DNA of 63,826 nucleotides, filler included, from Octopus bimaculoides (taxonomy: Eukaryota), in NCBI RefSeq assembly GCF_001194135.2. It is 4 parts of 4 records of this genome, joined end to end, with 100 filler letters (N's around TTAATTAATTAA, not from the genome) between each part and the next. Parts side by side here need not be neighbours in the genome. Positions count along the whole stretch, not along the records: positions 1 to 27,582 come from NC_068989.1; 3 more parts are not named here. One strand, written 5' to 3'. The notes beneath the pieces were generated by a model, which made no database searches, was not told where the DNA came from, and was given only the letters and a program-made list of their open reading frames with translations. This document shows positions 1 to 12,399 of this stretch, one piece after another (within the stretch, counting starts at the first letter, position 1; the number at the start of each line of letters is the position of its first letter). Made by a program: the position numbers and the translations under genes.

Positions 1-1
1 C

Positions 2-490
2 ATGCAGTGACATCCCAGAGAGGATGTGACCTTCAGGCCATTTAACATTTGGGAGGTTAAAGTCGCCTAGGAAAAGTATATTGATGTGTTGGTCCAGATT
101 TGTTAGGACCTCTTCTATGCGCCTGAGGCTGTCCTCAAATTTACCTTCCTGCTTTGCGGTATTTGGTGGACGGTATGTTGAGCATACAACTACATCAATT
201 TGTTTTATGTGTACTATTAAAGTATCACATACAGAGTTTGGGTGTGATAGTAGTAGTAGGGGTGTGACATCTTCTCGGATGTACATTGCAACTCCCCCAT
301 GACTTCTATCCCTTCTGTCTGTTCGGAGTACGGCATACCCTGGTATATTTATCTCCGCATCTGCTATATTAGGTGTTAGATGTGTTACGGTAAGCACCAT
401 GCATATTGCTTGATTGCATGTTGCTAGGTCTTTCAGGTATAGGAACTTGTCTTTGCCGCCTGTTCGTAATAGGCCCCGGATATTCAGTAG

Positions 491-493
<3 letters not shown>
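2..493 (-). mobile_element. LINE ORF2 APE-type endonuclease fragment (CR1/L2/Jockey group), runs off the window edge
   Basis: Stop-free 164-codon frame with no ATG, so missed by the ORF track: FLLNIRGL...LTVTHL...EINIPGYAVLRTDRRDRSHGGVAMYIRE...STYRPPN...LFLGDFNLPNVKW. It carries the NxRGL, GGVAxYI, YRPP and GDFN motifs. The TETHL-type glutamate reads as Val (GTA). Confidence 0.85.
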
Positions 494-529
<36 letters not shown>

Positions 530-1644
530 CATTTGTATAAGTGTATGCATGTGTGTATGTATTATGTATGTAATAAACCCAATTTTGGTATGTTTTAAGC
601 TGAGAGAAATAGCAGAAATCTGCTTTTTAAGAAAAGACCATATCACTATAACAAAAGAACTTCAACGGATCACCTGAAAACAAAACTTATGCAGGATGCT
701 GAGAGAACTACACTGGACAAATTGGTAAGCTAACATATGATTCTGCATAGCTCATGACTTAAAATACAATAACATCGAAAAATGAGATTCAGTGAACAAA
801 TAAACGTGCCGGCAGGAAAAGATAAATCTTACTATTTTTTTCCTATATCAAATTTACCACGACACAACGTAATAACAGAAATGAAAAGAGTAATATCTTT
901 CATAACCATTTACAGAACAATTCTGAAAACGGTGGAATAGAAAAGGAGACAATTAATGTCACCCCTAAGGTAACTTTTGCTGAAACTGCGACTGCTTCTC
1001 CACCACTAGAATTGCTGCTATCATAAGTAATAACCCCCTCAGCACCATATAATGGTCATAAGAGCAACATGGGAACTTTTAGGATAGATGTGATGAAAAA
1101 TTAATTTAATTTAATTCAATTTGATTTTCTTCAGTATATTTTCCATTTTCTTTTAACAAAAATAAATCATCTTTTAAAGCGAGTTAGGCTATTTTGAAAC
1201 ACTGATGTTTTTCTTCTTGTTTTCGTAATATAAATTTATTCCTGTGGAACATAACAATTTCAAAGTAATATATACCTACATAAATGTGTGTGTACGTATA
1301 TCTGCATATTTATGTACGTATCTTTCTATCTATCTGTCTATCTATCTATTTATCTATCTATGTTTGTGTGCATGTGTCTCATTTAATACAGACATACTTA
1401 AACGTGAGATATATATGGGATTTGAAGTTTAACTGAAAACCACATACCATCAAGTAGAAAATGGAAGAAAGTACGTGATATGTAAACGGATAACAGCTAT
1501 ACAAGCTATGTGTATCTGGAAGATCGCACATTCTTTTGAGATCGTAGAATTCCATCACGATACTTAAATCTAGTTTCGAAATTTTTACTAAGTGCCTCCA
1601 GTTCGACAAATGAAATTTGTCGAACTGGAAGCACAGATTTTCTT

Positions 1645-2648
1645 TTTTTTTTTTAACTAAACAGTTTGAAACTTCGTTTACTGGTAGAATGTCACATGCA
1701 GAACACTGCACATTTTTGACAAAATTTGGTATTTTAGAAGTTATTTCGTGTTAAAGTTATCGCATGAAGATAATTTCATCCAATCAACGACGTGTATTCA
1801 GTTGAAGAAAGCTAGTGCTGTCTGCAATAGCAATCGAATAGGAACAGCTTCGGGGTTAACTCTACTAAATGTCACCATACTGTTCTGTTTTATTTTTACT
1901 CGCGTCGGAGTAACCAGCAAACATCGAAGAATCCACACCAAGAAGGAAGAAATATTATTTACATATATTTATTCGTTTGCCCAACATCGGTGTTTTATTA
2001 GCACATAAAGTGCACCGGTGTTTAAAAGACGTATAGAGCTACAAGTCCGCAGCTAGCTTTTTTGTTGTTGACGAGTATGTAGTTTCAAAATGCCGTATTT
2101 TACAACTATGAGATGTATTGTGATTGTTATGATTTTATCTTACTATAATCAACAACAAACACATTTCGTCAATATAAAAGTATTTATTAGTTTAAAAATA
2201 ACATTATCAAAACATGAAGGTAAAACAAAACAAATAGCGGCTTATACACCGGAAATACGGTAATTGAAGTGGCAGTGACAAGTCCGCTCACTGGTTACGA
2301 GTTGATAATGCAGAAGGGAGGAAAAGAGTAAGGAATGTATGGTACTGACTAGAAAGGAACATAGGATAAAGGTGACAACATCTTTGCTCGACATACGAAT
2401 AGAAAAGAGTGGTGACATTTAGTAGAGATGACCCGGAGTTTGTTCCACTTCGATTACTATCACAAAGAGCAGTAGCTTTCTTCAACTGAATACACGTTGT
2501 TGATTGGCTGAAATTGCCCAGATTCGGCAACTTTAGCACAAAATAACTTCAAAAATACCAAAATTTGTTTAAAATGTTCAAAGATAACCGTGTTCTGTTT
2601 GAAACATTCCACCAGTATACGAAGTTTCAAACTGTTTAGTTAAAAAAA
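1645..2648. repeat. Long inverted repeat pair (arms about 1645-1877 and 2410-2648), foldback/MITE-like
   Basis: Arms align by eye at roughly 80% identity, e.g. aactaaacagtttgaaacttcg and cgtgtattcagttgaagaaagcta...ctctactaaatgtcacca in opposite orientations. ORF-track peptides 1748-2008(+) and 2288-2539(-) are homologous for this reason. Confidence 0.8.
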
Positions 2649-2832
2649 TTAATTAAAATATCTGTGAAACTGAACAAACCCAGAAACTTTTAAAAGAAAA
2701 GTTTTGACGGTGAATTCGAAATCTGATGAAAGACAGCAAGCGGAAACATTGAAGCTGATACTAATCTTTTCCTTTTAAAATTTAGTAGATATATGTTTGT
2801 ATGGCTGAGGATATATACATATATATTTATTG

Positions 2833-2881
<49 letters not shown>

Positions 2882-3594
2882 TGCATACAATGTGCACTGT
2901 AGATCACAAATTACTAATCTTTTAACTATACTCCTCTCTAGAAATGTTATTTCACATTCGAACTCACTATTCTAAATCAGTAATGACAATTATTTTTTAA
3001 TCATAGTCATTTTAATCAGATGTTTTGCTGTCAACCGCTTGACTTATAATTCAATTATCACTGTGTTAAGAAGCCATACAAAGCTTCACCCCCTCCCCCT
3101 TACGAAAAACACAAAATTAGAAATACATCTTCCCTTATTTCTATCATTTCCTTGAAATCATTCACTCAGAAAGGATTTTCGCTTATTCATGGATCATTTC
3201 TTTAGTGGATTCACCTGCTTGTTTCTTTTTCTTTTTTTTTCTATTATTTTGGAGCCTAGGTTCTAATGATATTTCAAACGACGGAGCACAGTATGCCAAC
3301 CCTATCACTATATAATATTACATAATATAATATTATATCGTAAGAAAATACCTGATACGCTTATATGATTTCACCAAGTATACAGTTTTTTTATAGAAAT
3401 AATTGCCTTTACTTACAGATGTTCATAGAGAGATGGAGGAAGTAAGAGGGTAAAGAAGAAGTAAGAGAAAGAGAGAAAGAGAGAAAGAGAGAAAGAGAGG
3501 GACAGAAAGAAAGAATAACACTGACAATGGATTCTTGCAAGTTAAGAAAAAAATAATGACTCCAAAGCACTGCATTGTTATCTTCCATTTCTCG

Positions 3595-3677
3595 AGAATA
3601 TATACATATATGTGTGTGTATGTTTTATGCATATACACATATATATATGTGTGTGTGTGTGTATGTTCATATATATT

Positions 3678-3725
<48 letters not shown>

Positions 3726-3741
3726 TGTGTATGTATTTATG

Positions 3742-3797
<56 letters not shown>

Positions 3798-3935
3798 TAT
3801 ATATATATGTACGTATGTATGTATTATGCATGTATGTTTTTCTGTGCGTTTATTTATGTACATATGTATATGCTTATGCATGTATGCATGCATGTACGTG
3901 TATTGCATGCATGTATGCATATATGCATGCCTTCT
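3595..3935. repeat. Compound (TA)n/(TG)n/(TGCA)n microsatellite
   Basis: Directly visible low-complexity tract; source of the YIYI/CVCV ORFs. Confidence 0.95.
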
Positions 3936-6624
3936 CGATGAAATTCCAGCTGGAATTTCCCAGAGTATTGTTAATTTTTTTTTATATGGAATTGCATATC
4001 AAATGTGACATAAATATATTACCATAACATTTCTCTAATGAGAATTTGACAACGATTTTTTTCCACCAAAATGCAAAGAATTGTTCATTCTGCATTAATA
4101 TACACAGGTTCTTGTTTTAAACAATCGATACTTATGATGTCATACATTATGTTATCAAAAGTTTTATATTTATAAGAAGAAATAATAAATATTTTCTACT
4201 TAAATGGAAATATCAAATATATTATACTTTATATATTTTACTGTATAAAATTCGAAATATATGTTTTCATAGTTTCTAACTGAAATGAACAGAATATGAG
4301 GAATACAGATGCATAAACAGATCAGTCAGTAGAATTGTTTAAAAACATTTTCAAGAAAATATTTCATAGCACGTCTTAACAGTCGTGTTTACTTAGAATC
4401 TTCCTTACCTACCTTATCTGTGGCAAAAAATAAATTGAATCTTGTAGTGCACCAAAATAGACTGGGCATGGGAAAGAATATACGGTTAGGTTTTCACACT
4501 ATCCCTTTCTAACAGCGTACATTTATTACTACATATTGATGTTGGCGTGTAATATAAGGGATACTGTAAGACAAGAGAAAGGCATACTTGGAACAAAATT
4601 TCTGTTAACTGCGCTCAATTATTTGATTGATTGTATGTATGTTGTATTCTTTGCAGTCATTGCTATGATAAACGCTATATAACAACAACCACAACAGCAA
4701 TAAAATATTTTAAAAGCCGAGTTCGTGTAGCTCCAGATAGACTACAATTGCTGGGCTTAATTCGCAACTCTACATGGAACTGTTGCATAATTTATCATTT
4801 CAAATATCATCGTTACCCAGAATTCTGGCAGGAGCCAACACTCGATATTTATCGATTCAACTATTTCACTAGAAGAACGAAATGTAATGTTGACTTCGGA
4901 GGGATTTGAACAAAGTTCGTAAAAACCAGAGCAAATACCGCCAGACATTTTACCAAGTATTCTACCGATAGCGATTTCTGCGAAGCCTTACATTAACATA
5001 TATCTGTTGAGATACACTACCTTATTACGATTAATATAGAATATAGTGAGGGATTTAGTCAAATACCTTTGTCATTACGAAGCTGATATTCAAAACCTAA
5101 AATTTTGTTGGGAGACATTTACATTTAAGGCGCTTGAAAACATGAATTAATGGGTCACTTTCAAACACGAAGTTGGTGGGTCGGTATTAAAAGGGTTATT
5201 TTTGCAATTTCTGAGATATAATTTTTCTGTGCTTTTGAGTTCATGTTGATGATATATATATTTACAGAGTTAACATGATGTTACTATGGATTCAAATTCA
5301 TATCTTCATCGCACAGCTTAGTTGTAGATGTGTTTATAACCTCTGGCGAAATTAATATTATGGGAGGTAATAATATTATTAACAACAACGCGTCTTGAAC
5401 ATTTCGGAGTTTAATTAGTAGATATTTTATTAGTATTAAGTAATTTTGTGGAATCGACGAAGACAAGAAGCTGCTTCAGCATTCAGTTTATACTAAAGTC
5501 CTAAATCGTGCTGATCAATATTTCTGTTGTATCTGAACCATAGTCCTCATAATTAGGGTGCATATATGATGGGTGATTTTCAATAGCCCATCTCGAATTA
5601 AAAGCTCAAGTTCTATTCAACATGTACAGATGAAACAAAAATAATCGTCATCCCAAGAAACAATCAATACGAAAATAGGTGAATCATATATCAGATGATT
5701 AAAAGAGGAATAGATATTATATATTTCTTTAGAACAATGATCACGACTTTGTGAAGCGTAAAATACGTACAAGTGAAATACTGGGAGGTTTATATACATA
5801 CAAAAAAAACTGAAAGTATAATATTAAGCTTACAGTATTGCTAGTGAAAATGAAGTGATCTCAAAATATAATAGTAATTGCTTGACAGATGAAGATAATA
5901 TTATATTTCAAACCAGAATATATATTAAATGGGATATTATGTATTAGCTTTCGGCTATTAAAATGTCGAAGGGTAAGTTTGTACATGACAGCGGAGACTA
6001 TACGTGAAACAATCTTAATATAGAGCTGATCATTAATGCTATATTTATTGTACTAAAGAGGAAGGTAGAGTCACACAACTTATTGCCTAAAGTAAGAAAG
6101 CTTTCATACCTGTCCATATCAAAAAGATAAACTTTGAGATATTGATATGTGTTGCCACGCAACCAATGTCAGTTTCCGAATACGCTGTGTAGTGGCGATT
6201 ATTTACTTACTCTAACAATTTCATTTTAAACTTTGACATGTATACCATTTAATTAAACAGTGAATGGCACTAAATGAAAAGCTTTGTAGACAAGAATGAA
6301 ATGTGCATACGTGCATACAACCATTCATAAACACATAGATACATACAGTCAGACGGACATACATACAAGCATCTATCTATATGTTGATGTTTATGACAAC
6401 GATATATATGTGTGTGTGTGTGTATGTATATTCTATTGATGTGACACAAGTATGTAATCAATACTTCACTAGAATTATATATGTGTGGGTTGGTGTGTGT
6501 GTGTGTGTGTGTAATCATAATAATAATAAAAAGTAAGTACAAACAAAAGAATGAGACCTCAGTATTAGATGAATAGAGAATTATTTATATATATTATAAT
6601 TTAGAACAAACAGTAAAAGATTGT

Positions 6625-6693
6625 CATTATAGTACTCGGAGTTTCAAATGTCGGAGCGAAGAGCTTCGATGCATTCTCATCGGGTATTAATGG
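6625..6693 (-). ncRNA. Degenerate second hammerhead motif (inverted copy)
   Basis: Minus strand reads CCGAUGA-GAAUGC...ACAUUU-GAA-ACUCCGAGUA-CUAUAAUG, with core U4 changed to C and weakened stems I and II. Confidence 0.5.
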
Positions 6694-6712
6694 CAACAAT
6701 ATCTGTTTGTTG

Positions 6713-6781
6713 CCATTAGTAGCTGACGAGAATGTATCGTAGCTCTTCGCTCCGACATTCGAAACTCCGAGTACTATAATG
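6713..6781 (+). ncRNA. Type I hammerhead ribozyme motif with palindromic stem III (dimer type)
   Basis: CUGACGA 6723-6729; stem II GAAUGU/ACAUUC (6730-6735/6755-6760); GAAA 6761-6764; stem III ACUC-C-GAGU; GUA cleavage triplet ending at 6773; stem I CAUU-A-GUAG pairs with CUAU-AAUG. Expression and activity are untested. Confidence 0.7.
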
Positions 6782-6834
6782 CAAACCTTTTATTGTTTGT
6801 TCTAAAATATAACACACACACACACACACACGTA

Positions 6835-6869
<35 letters not shown>

Positions 6870-7215
6870 ATATNNNNNNNNNNNNNNNNNNNNNNNNNNN
6901 NNTAACAGCATAACATTAAATTGAAGGGTTATTGAATACTTTAAGTAGAGTTCATGTTTGTTAAACGTTTAAGAAGAAAAAGCTGTCAGTAACTTCGAAT
7001 TTTCGGTTTGCTTGCCTTCAGCTGACTGTCTGAAATGCGTAAGCGTGCAAAAACTTCAAAGTCATTGACATCCTTCTTGTAAAGGTTTAATTGATATAAT
7101 AGAAAGACAGCGTCTGTCTCTGTGTGTGTGTCTGTGTGTGTATGTGTATGTGCGTGTGCGCGCGCACACTTAATTCTAGTGATATGTTACAGGTATACGT
7201 TCGATACTTCACTAG

Positions 7216-7254
<39 letters not shown>

Positions 7255-10200
7255 CATACATACATATGTACATACATGCATACATACATACATACATGTG
7301 TGTCTGCGTGTGTATGTGTATGTATATATACTCGATACAACATTAGACTAATTTAACAGACGCGAAATAAATGCTGTCTACTTAAATCGAGTCTCTTTAA
7401 TAGTAAAAATATCCTGTATGCACTTAAGTGACGCTTTTCATGCTCTAACGTATTTATCTTCATGCTATCTCATGCAATATAGTCCACACTTCAGTGCAGA
7501 AGTAGTTCAGGTTAGGTTTAGATTTCTATTATTGGCAACCAATACTAACCTTCTTAAATACAAATCTAAATTTCCAAAGAGTAGGAAACCAGTCGCTACG
7601 TTAAGCAAAAGTACAATATCTTTGACACCCTATCTAGTTATGTATGTTGACACATTAATTAGTTCTTGATACCCTAGTTAGTATATATGCTGCGATCATT
7701 GATATTAATACCTTTTGTTGGTATAGACTACGTTAGTAATGCAGACTTTGTAACTTACTTAATACTGAATGTCTCTTTTGTTTTTTCCTTTTTTTTTTTT
7801 TGCCTTTTTGATAATGTTGGGTTCCCGCTCTGCTTCGATCTGCACAACATTACATCACGTAACGTACATCTATCTATTCTTTTAACACCTAACAGTATTT
7901 CACTTTGTCTGACTTATCTGAAATATGTCTGTGTCAGACAGTCAGTCTAAAGAATTGCCTAGAATATCTGTTACACGTAGAAGTAATCAAAATTGTATTC
8001 AGTATTGCCTCTTTATTTATTTTACCCTTTATCTATTTATTTATTTATTTATTTATTTATTTATTTTGTCCCACATCTTTATTCCAGCCTTGGATGATAT
8101 CTTTCTGCTGCTTCTCCACTCATTACTACCTCAGCCTTCCCTGGCTTGTTCCCAACTTCACCAAAGCCGTTATTCAGCAGCCATCAGGCTACTGTTCTCT
8201 CCGCTTGCATACATAATGTTGCTCCTCTGTAGCTAGTCAATATATCCCCGTCCATATTTTTACTACATTATTGACATTGAGGCAGTCAAAGAAATCACGA
8301 TTCCTCGCTGTACCACTCTACAACATTGGTAATTTGTTGCACAGAAACCTTTGTATTCACTACAAGCTTAAGCCTTGCGAAGCACAATTAGGCCTAACTA
8401 AATTAATAACGCATTAGCTACCTGCAAACATTATTACAGCAACTACATTTATCGTGTAGTTTCAATGTTTCCAAGTATAATTTTTCTAAATAGTTTGTCC
8501 GTCATTACATCAAAACGATACTTGATTGAAAATAAATTCTATTCAATATCAAGTTAAAAACGTTTAATATCGTCTCTATATTCTCTGAGTTAGACTTCAA
8601 ATTATGGAAATTTGTTACAAATCCCAATGAATAATGTGTAATATTAAATGTTGTAATACAATTATAAACCAAAAGTATGCTTTTGTGTCGTTAACACAGA
8701 TAACTAGACACTGAATTAGATTCTTTTTTATGTATCTAGTTTTGCAGATCTGATTCTACTGAGGCCGATGTCGTTTTATTTACTCCTCACATAGGAACAA
8801 AATGTGCACCAGCAATGAAAGGTCATAAGCTATCTATCTTAAAATTATGACGTAGAGCATCGAAGAGGAATTATACCAAGTTACTGATAAATAGTTGAAT
8901 AATAGATTTGCCGTTCATAGCATTAAGTCTGAGAGTTTTATGATAAGATGAAATTATAGATTATGGCTGTCCTAAGAAAGTCTATCTTATATCTTTATCA
9001 AGTGTATTACCAACGTAAATGATGTGAAAAGGATTAAGGCCTACGATTTCGCTTCGTCAAGATGATAATTCTATACTTCGATGATAAAGATGATTCTCCA
9101 TAACGATTATTTGTTTGTTTGAAATTAAGTTAGAAGTTTTCGGTGCATGTATAACCTATTCTATCGATCTCAGTATTTAATTAGTAATTACATTTATAAA
9201 ACTGGAAGAATAACAGGTTAAGGTAATCTCAGAACAAAGAACAAAAAGAGGTATCTTCGAATGTTCATTTAATTTGTCATCAATTTATCTCAAAATAGTA
9301 ATAATAAAAATAACCTCTTTGTTAGCTGCAATACCTCAAAATATCCAGGAAAAACACATTGAATGTGATTTGCAACATGCGTGGATTGATACAAAGTTAT
9401 ATAAAAAAAACATGTGGAATGTTTAAATTGCCTAGAGATATGTGGCTATCTGTTCTGTGCAACTATTCCAGCCTACCATGTAGCCTACATCTTTGTCCTG
9501 TGTTGTGGCCTTTATCTCATCACTTTCTAGTTTCCTTTCGTTGGGGTTCCCTTTAATTTTCAGCAAATTCTCTCTTCTTACTTATACATTATTTTGCATT
9601 TTGCACTGTCTTTTGAGGTTATCTTTTCCACCATCTTCAAATTTATGATTTCTGGTGTTCTTAAGACTGTTTTTTGCAGGTTTGTTTCTGAACTATGTCG
9701 TTTGCCTTATCTCCCTCTTGATACCACTGTTGGTCATGGCTTAGGGAATGAGTATCTCGGTTCCCTGTTTATTTGCCAAGTCCGATTAACAAGGAATAAG
9801 TGATGTAATTCAACAATTCTAAAGTTTCGCATGGTAGAGCTTCCGAAACAGCAGCCACCAGATCCTGCTGTTGCTAAAGCTTTTTTTTTTTTTTAAACTT
9901 TTTCTCAACTGTCTGAGGATAAAGTCCTCAAATTGTTCTTGCAAATTACTTCTATACTCCTACAAATATAACAGATGAATCTTCTTTCTTGCTCTGTCTC
10001 AATCATCGCTTTAGTTTCTGTGTCCATTACGTGAGAGAAATGCATAAGCTTGAAAATTCTTAAGGACTTGGTTAGAATCTATACTGTCATATCGCAAGCA
10101 AGTCTTTCTTCCTAATCTCCATACTTAATACTCGCCAATATCGCTCTTCATAGGTGAAAAAAGAACCCTTAGTGTCCCCTTTCTCTTACGTTGTTATGAG

Positions 10201-11246
10201 TGGTTGAGCGAATATTTTGCATACTGATTATAACTAATGCGTTGCTTTGGCCTTGGGCTTGAAATACCGGCCGATGACCCCGTAAAAATTTAAGTCGGTC
10301 AGTACATATATAATGTTGCCCCAAATACTTACAAGAGCTTCGTTTCAAATGATCGCTTCAACTTCAGTGTGACATAGGTAGATTAGCTTTCTTGTCCGCT
10401 CTCAAACAAATAACTCGAGCATGAACACAACATTTTACTATAGGTTTGTATTTTGTATAGGATGTTGTGCCTGGGTCTTATCCAAATTTAGATACAGCCT
10501 ATTTAAAACAGTATGAACAAAAGCAAGTTTTCCACTTATGTGTCCATTAGATAACGTTTCTGTGCATACGAGAATGCTATTGTTGATGCAACTGTTCGTG
10601 TTTATATCCAGCGGAACATTAATTCATCTTCTACACTTGAAAAATCATTACTTTTTCCTTGTGATGCATTGTTAGGCATATTTTGTGTTCATGTTATTTC
10701 CCCTTCGTTGTCGCTTACAAAATCATTTTATCCTTTCTTTGTTATGTCTTCCTTGTCACCAAGTTAAGATACAACAGAAATTAGAAAGAACAAATGTAAT
10801 AAAATGTCGTTTATTACACAAATGTCGTTTTTTTTTTTTTAGTAAAAGTAACAGCAAGCAGCTAATAAATACCTACGTTTTGTAATTGTTTTCATATATA
10901 CAAAAACGAAACGTTTCTTAAGCTTCAAAACACATTTAGTAAGCTAAAAACTACAGAGCAGCGGAAAACACGTTCGACTCGAACAGGAATAAATAATGTT
11001 AATATTAACAACAACCATAAAACTAACGGTTTTTAATTTAGGGAGATGGCCAGCAAATTTAAGAACGACACCCTTAGTCGATACCATCAACCCTGATATT
11101 TGACACACGCTTTATTTTTATCGACCCAGAAAGAACGGAAATAAAACTGATTTGCGGGGGATTTCAGAAATCAGAATATAAAGGCCGAAAGAAATGACGA
11201 ACTGCATTTTACCCGATGTTCTAATGGTTCAACCTACTTGTCGACT

Positions 11247-11247
<1 letters not shown>

Positions 11248-11309
<62 letters not shown>

Positions 11310-11350
11310 CGACGATGATGACGATGTCGATGACGATGATGATGATGATG
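11248..11350. repeat. (GAT)n microsatellite
   Basis: Directly visible. Confidence 0.95.
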
Positions 11351-11351
11351 A

Positions 11352-11572
11352 CCCATTCTACTAAAGGCACAGGGCCTGAAATTTTAGGGTAGGGGTTCAA
11401 CGATTACACCAACCCCAATGTGCAAATGGTACTTACTTCATCGTACCCGATTGTTGAACGTCAAAGTCAAAGTCGACCTCGGCGGAATATAAACTCAAAA
11501 CGTAATGAATCTGAAGTAATACCGCTAAATGTTTTGTCCGACGCGGTAACGATTCTGGTAGCTCGTCACCTT
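11352..11572 (-). mobile_element. tRNA-derived SINE, family A (ggcgagctggcag...gagttcaaattccgccgaggtcgactttgcc...)
   Basis: Diverged copy of a roughly 220-bp family present more than 15 times in the window; other copies carry a B-box-like GAGTTCAAATTCC. Confidence 0.75.
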
Positions 11573-11654
11573 AATAGTCACCGTACTCTGCTGGCTGTGG
11601 ACGGCTGACATTTTCCACCATACCCAACAAAATAAGCTGTGAGTTTTCATCATA

Positions 11655-11895
11655 TAATAACGATAATAATAATGGCTGAGGAGGAATATATTCACAGACA
11701 CGACAGAGTTGAGTGTATATAAGTATATATAATATACAGAAAATAGCACTACTAAGCACTGCACACATCCTACGTAAAACACTTTCAATACAGGGAAAGT
11801 AAGAGTATCAGAACAAACCACACCACATACCCAAGGCACACAGAGCTGCGCTCGGTAGTGAAGTGAAAGCATGTGTTAAAAATAAGACTACTGAA
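11655..11895 (+). mobile_element. R4/Dong-clade retrotransposon 3' end, older copy
   Basis: Decayed QKIALLSTAHILRK-type C-terminus plus the same 3' UTR (cacatacccaaggc...gagctgcgctcggtagtgaagtgaaagc) as the 12021 and 44810 copies. Confidence 0.75.
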
Positions 11896-11964
11896 TGGAT
11901 GATCTGAAATTATATGTAAAAGATGACAAGGATCTGAAAGGACTTCTAGTATCTGTGAAAATTA

Positions 11965-12020
<56 letters not shown>

Positions 12021-12023
<3 letters not shown>

Positions 12024-12272
12024 AATTCCTATCATAGTAAGTGCCTTAGGTATAAAAAAAAAATTCAGACAAATACATAACAAAATACCAGGACTTACAA
12101 ATATATATAACATACAGAAAATTGCACTACTGGGTACTGCACACATTCTACGCAAAACACTTTCAATACAGTAAACATAAGAGCACCACAGCAAACCACA
12201 GCACATACCCAAGGCGCACAGAGCTGCGCTCGGTAGTGAAGTGAAAGCACGTTATAAAAATAAAACTACTGA
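12021..12272 (+). mobile_element. R4/Dong-clade retrotransposon, 5'-truncated, inserted in (TAA)n
   Basis: RLE-ORF C-terminus TIPII...QKIALLGTAHILRKTLSIQ* plus 3' UTR, with (AAT)n on both sides; near-identical to 44810-45059. Confidence 0.85.
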
Positions 12273-12399
12273 ACAACAATAATAATAATAATAATGATAA
12301 TAATAATAATAATAATTTTGATTCCAGGAACGTGAAGAAAGAGGAAGAAAAACAAAAATGCAGCAATCCCTTAAAATTTAAAATATGAAGAATTTGGAG

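Larger units (their letters stand above)
6625..6781. repeat. 157-bp palindrome (75-bp arms, 7-nt spacer)
   Basis: 6625-6699 is the reverse complement of 6707-6781 with 7 mismatches; the spacer is tatctgt. Confidence 0.95.

Noticed and set aside
5268-5366. In-frame TGA followed by Cys (possible selenocysteine)
   Set aside because: No recognisable selenoprotein context or SECIS element, and the exon itself is unverified.
9400-10600. Possible decayed RTE-like RT on the minus strand
   Set aside because: Only vague motif resemblance, too degraded to support without a profile search.
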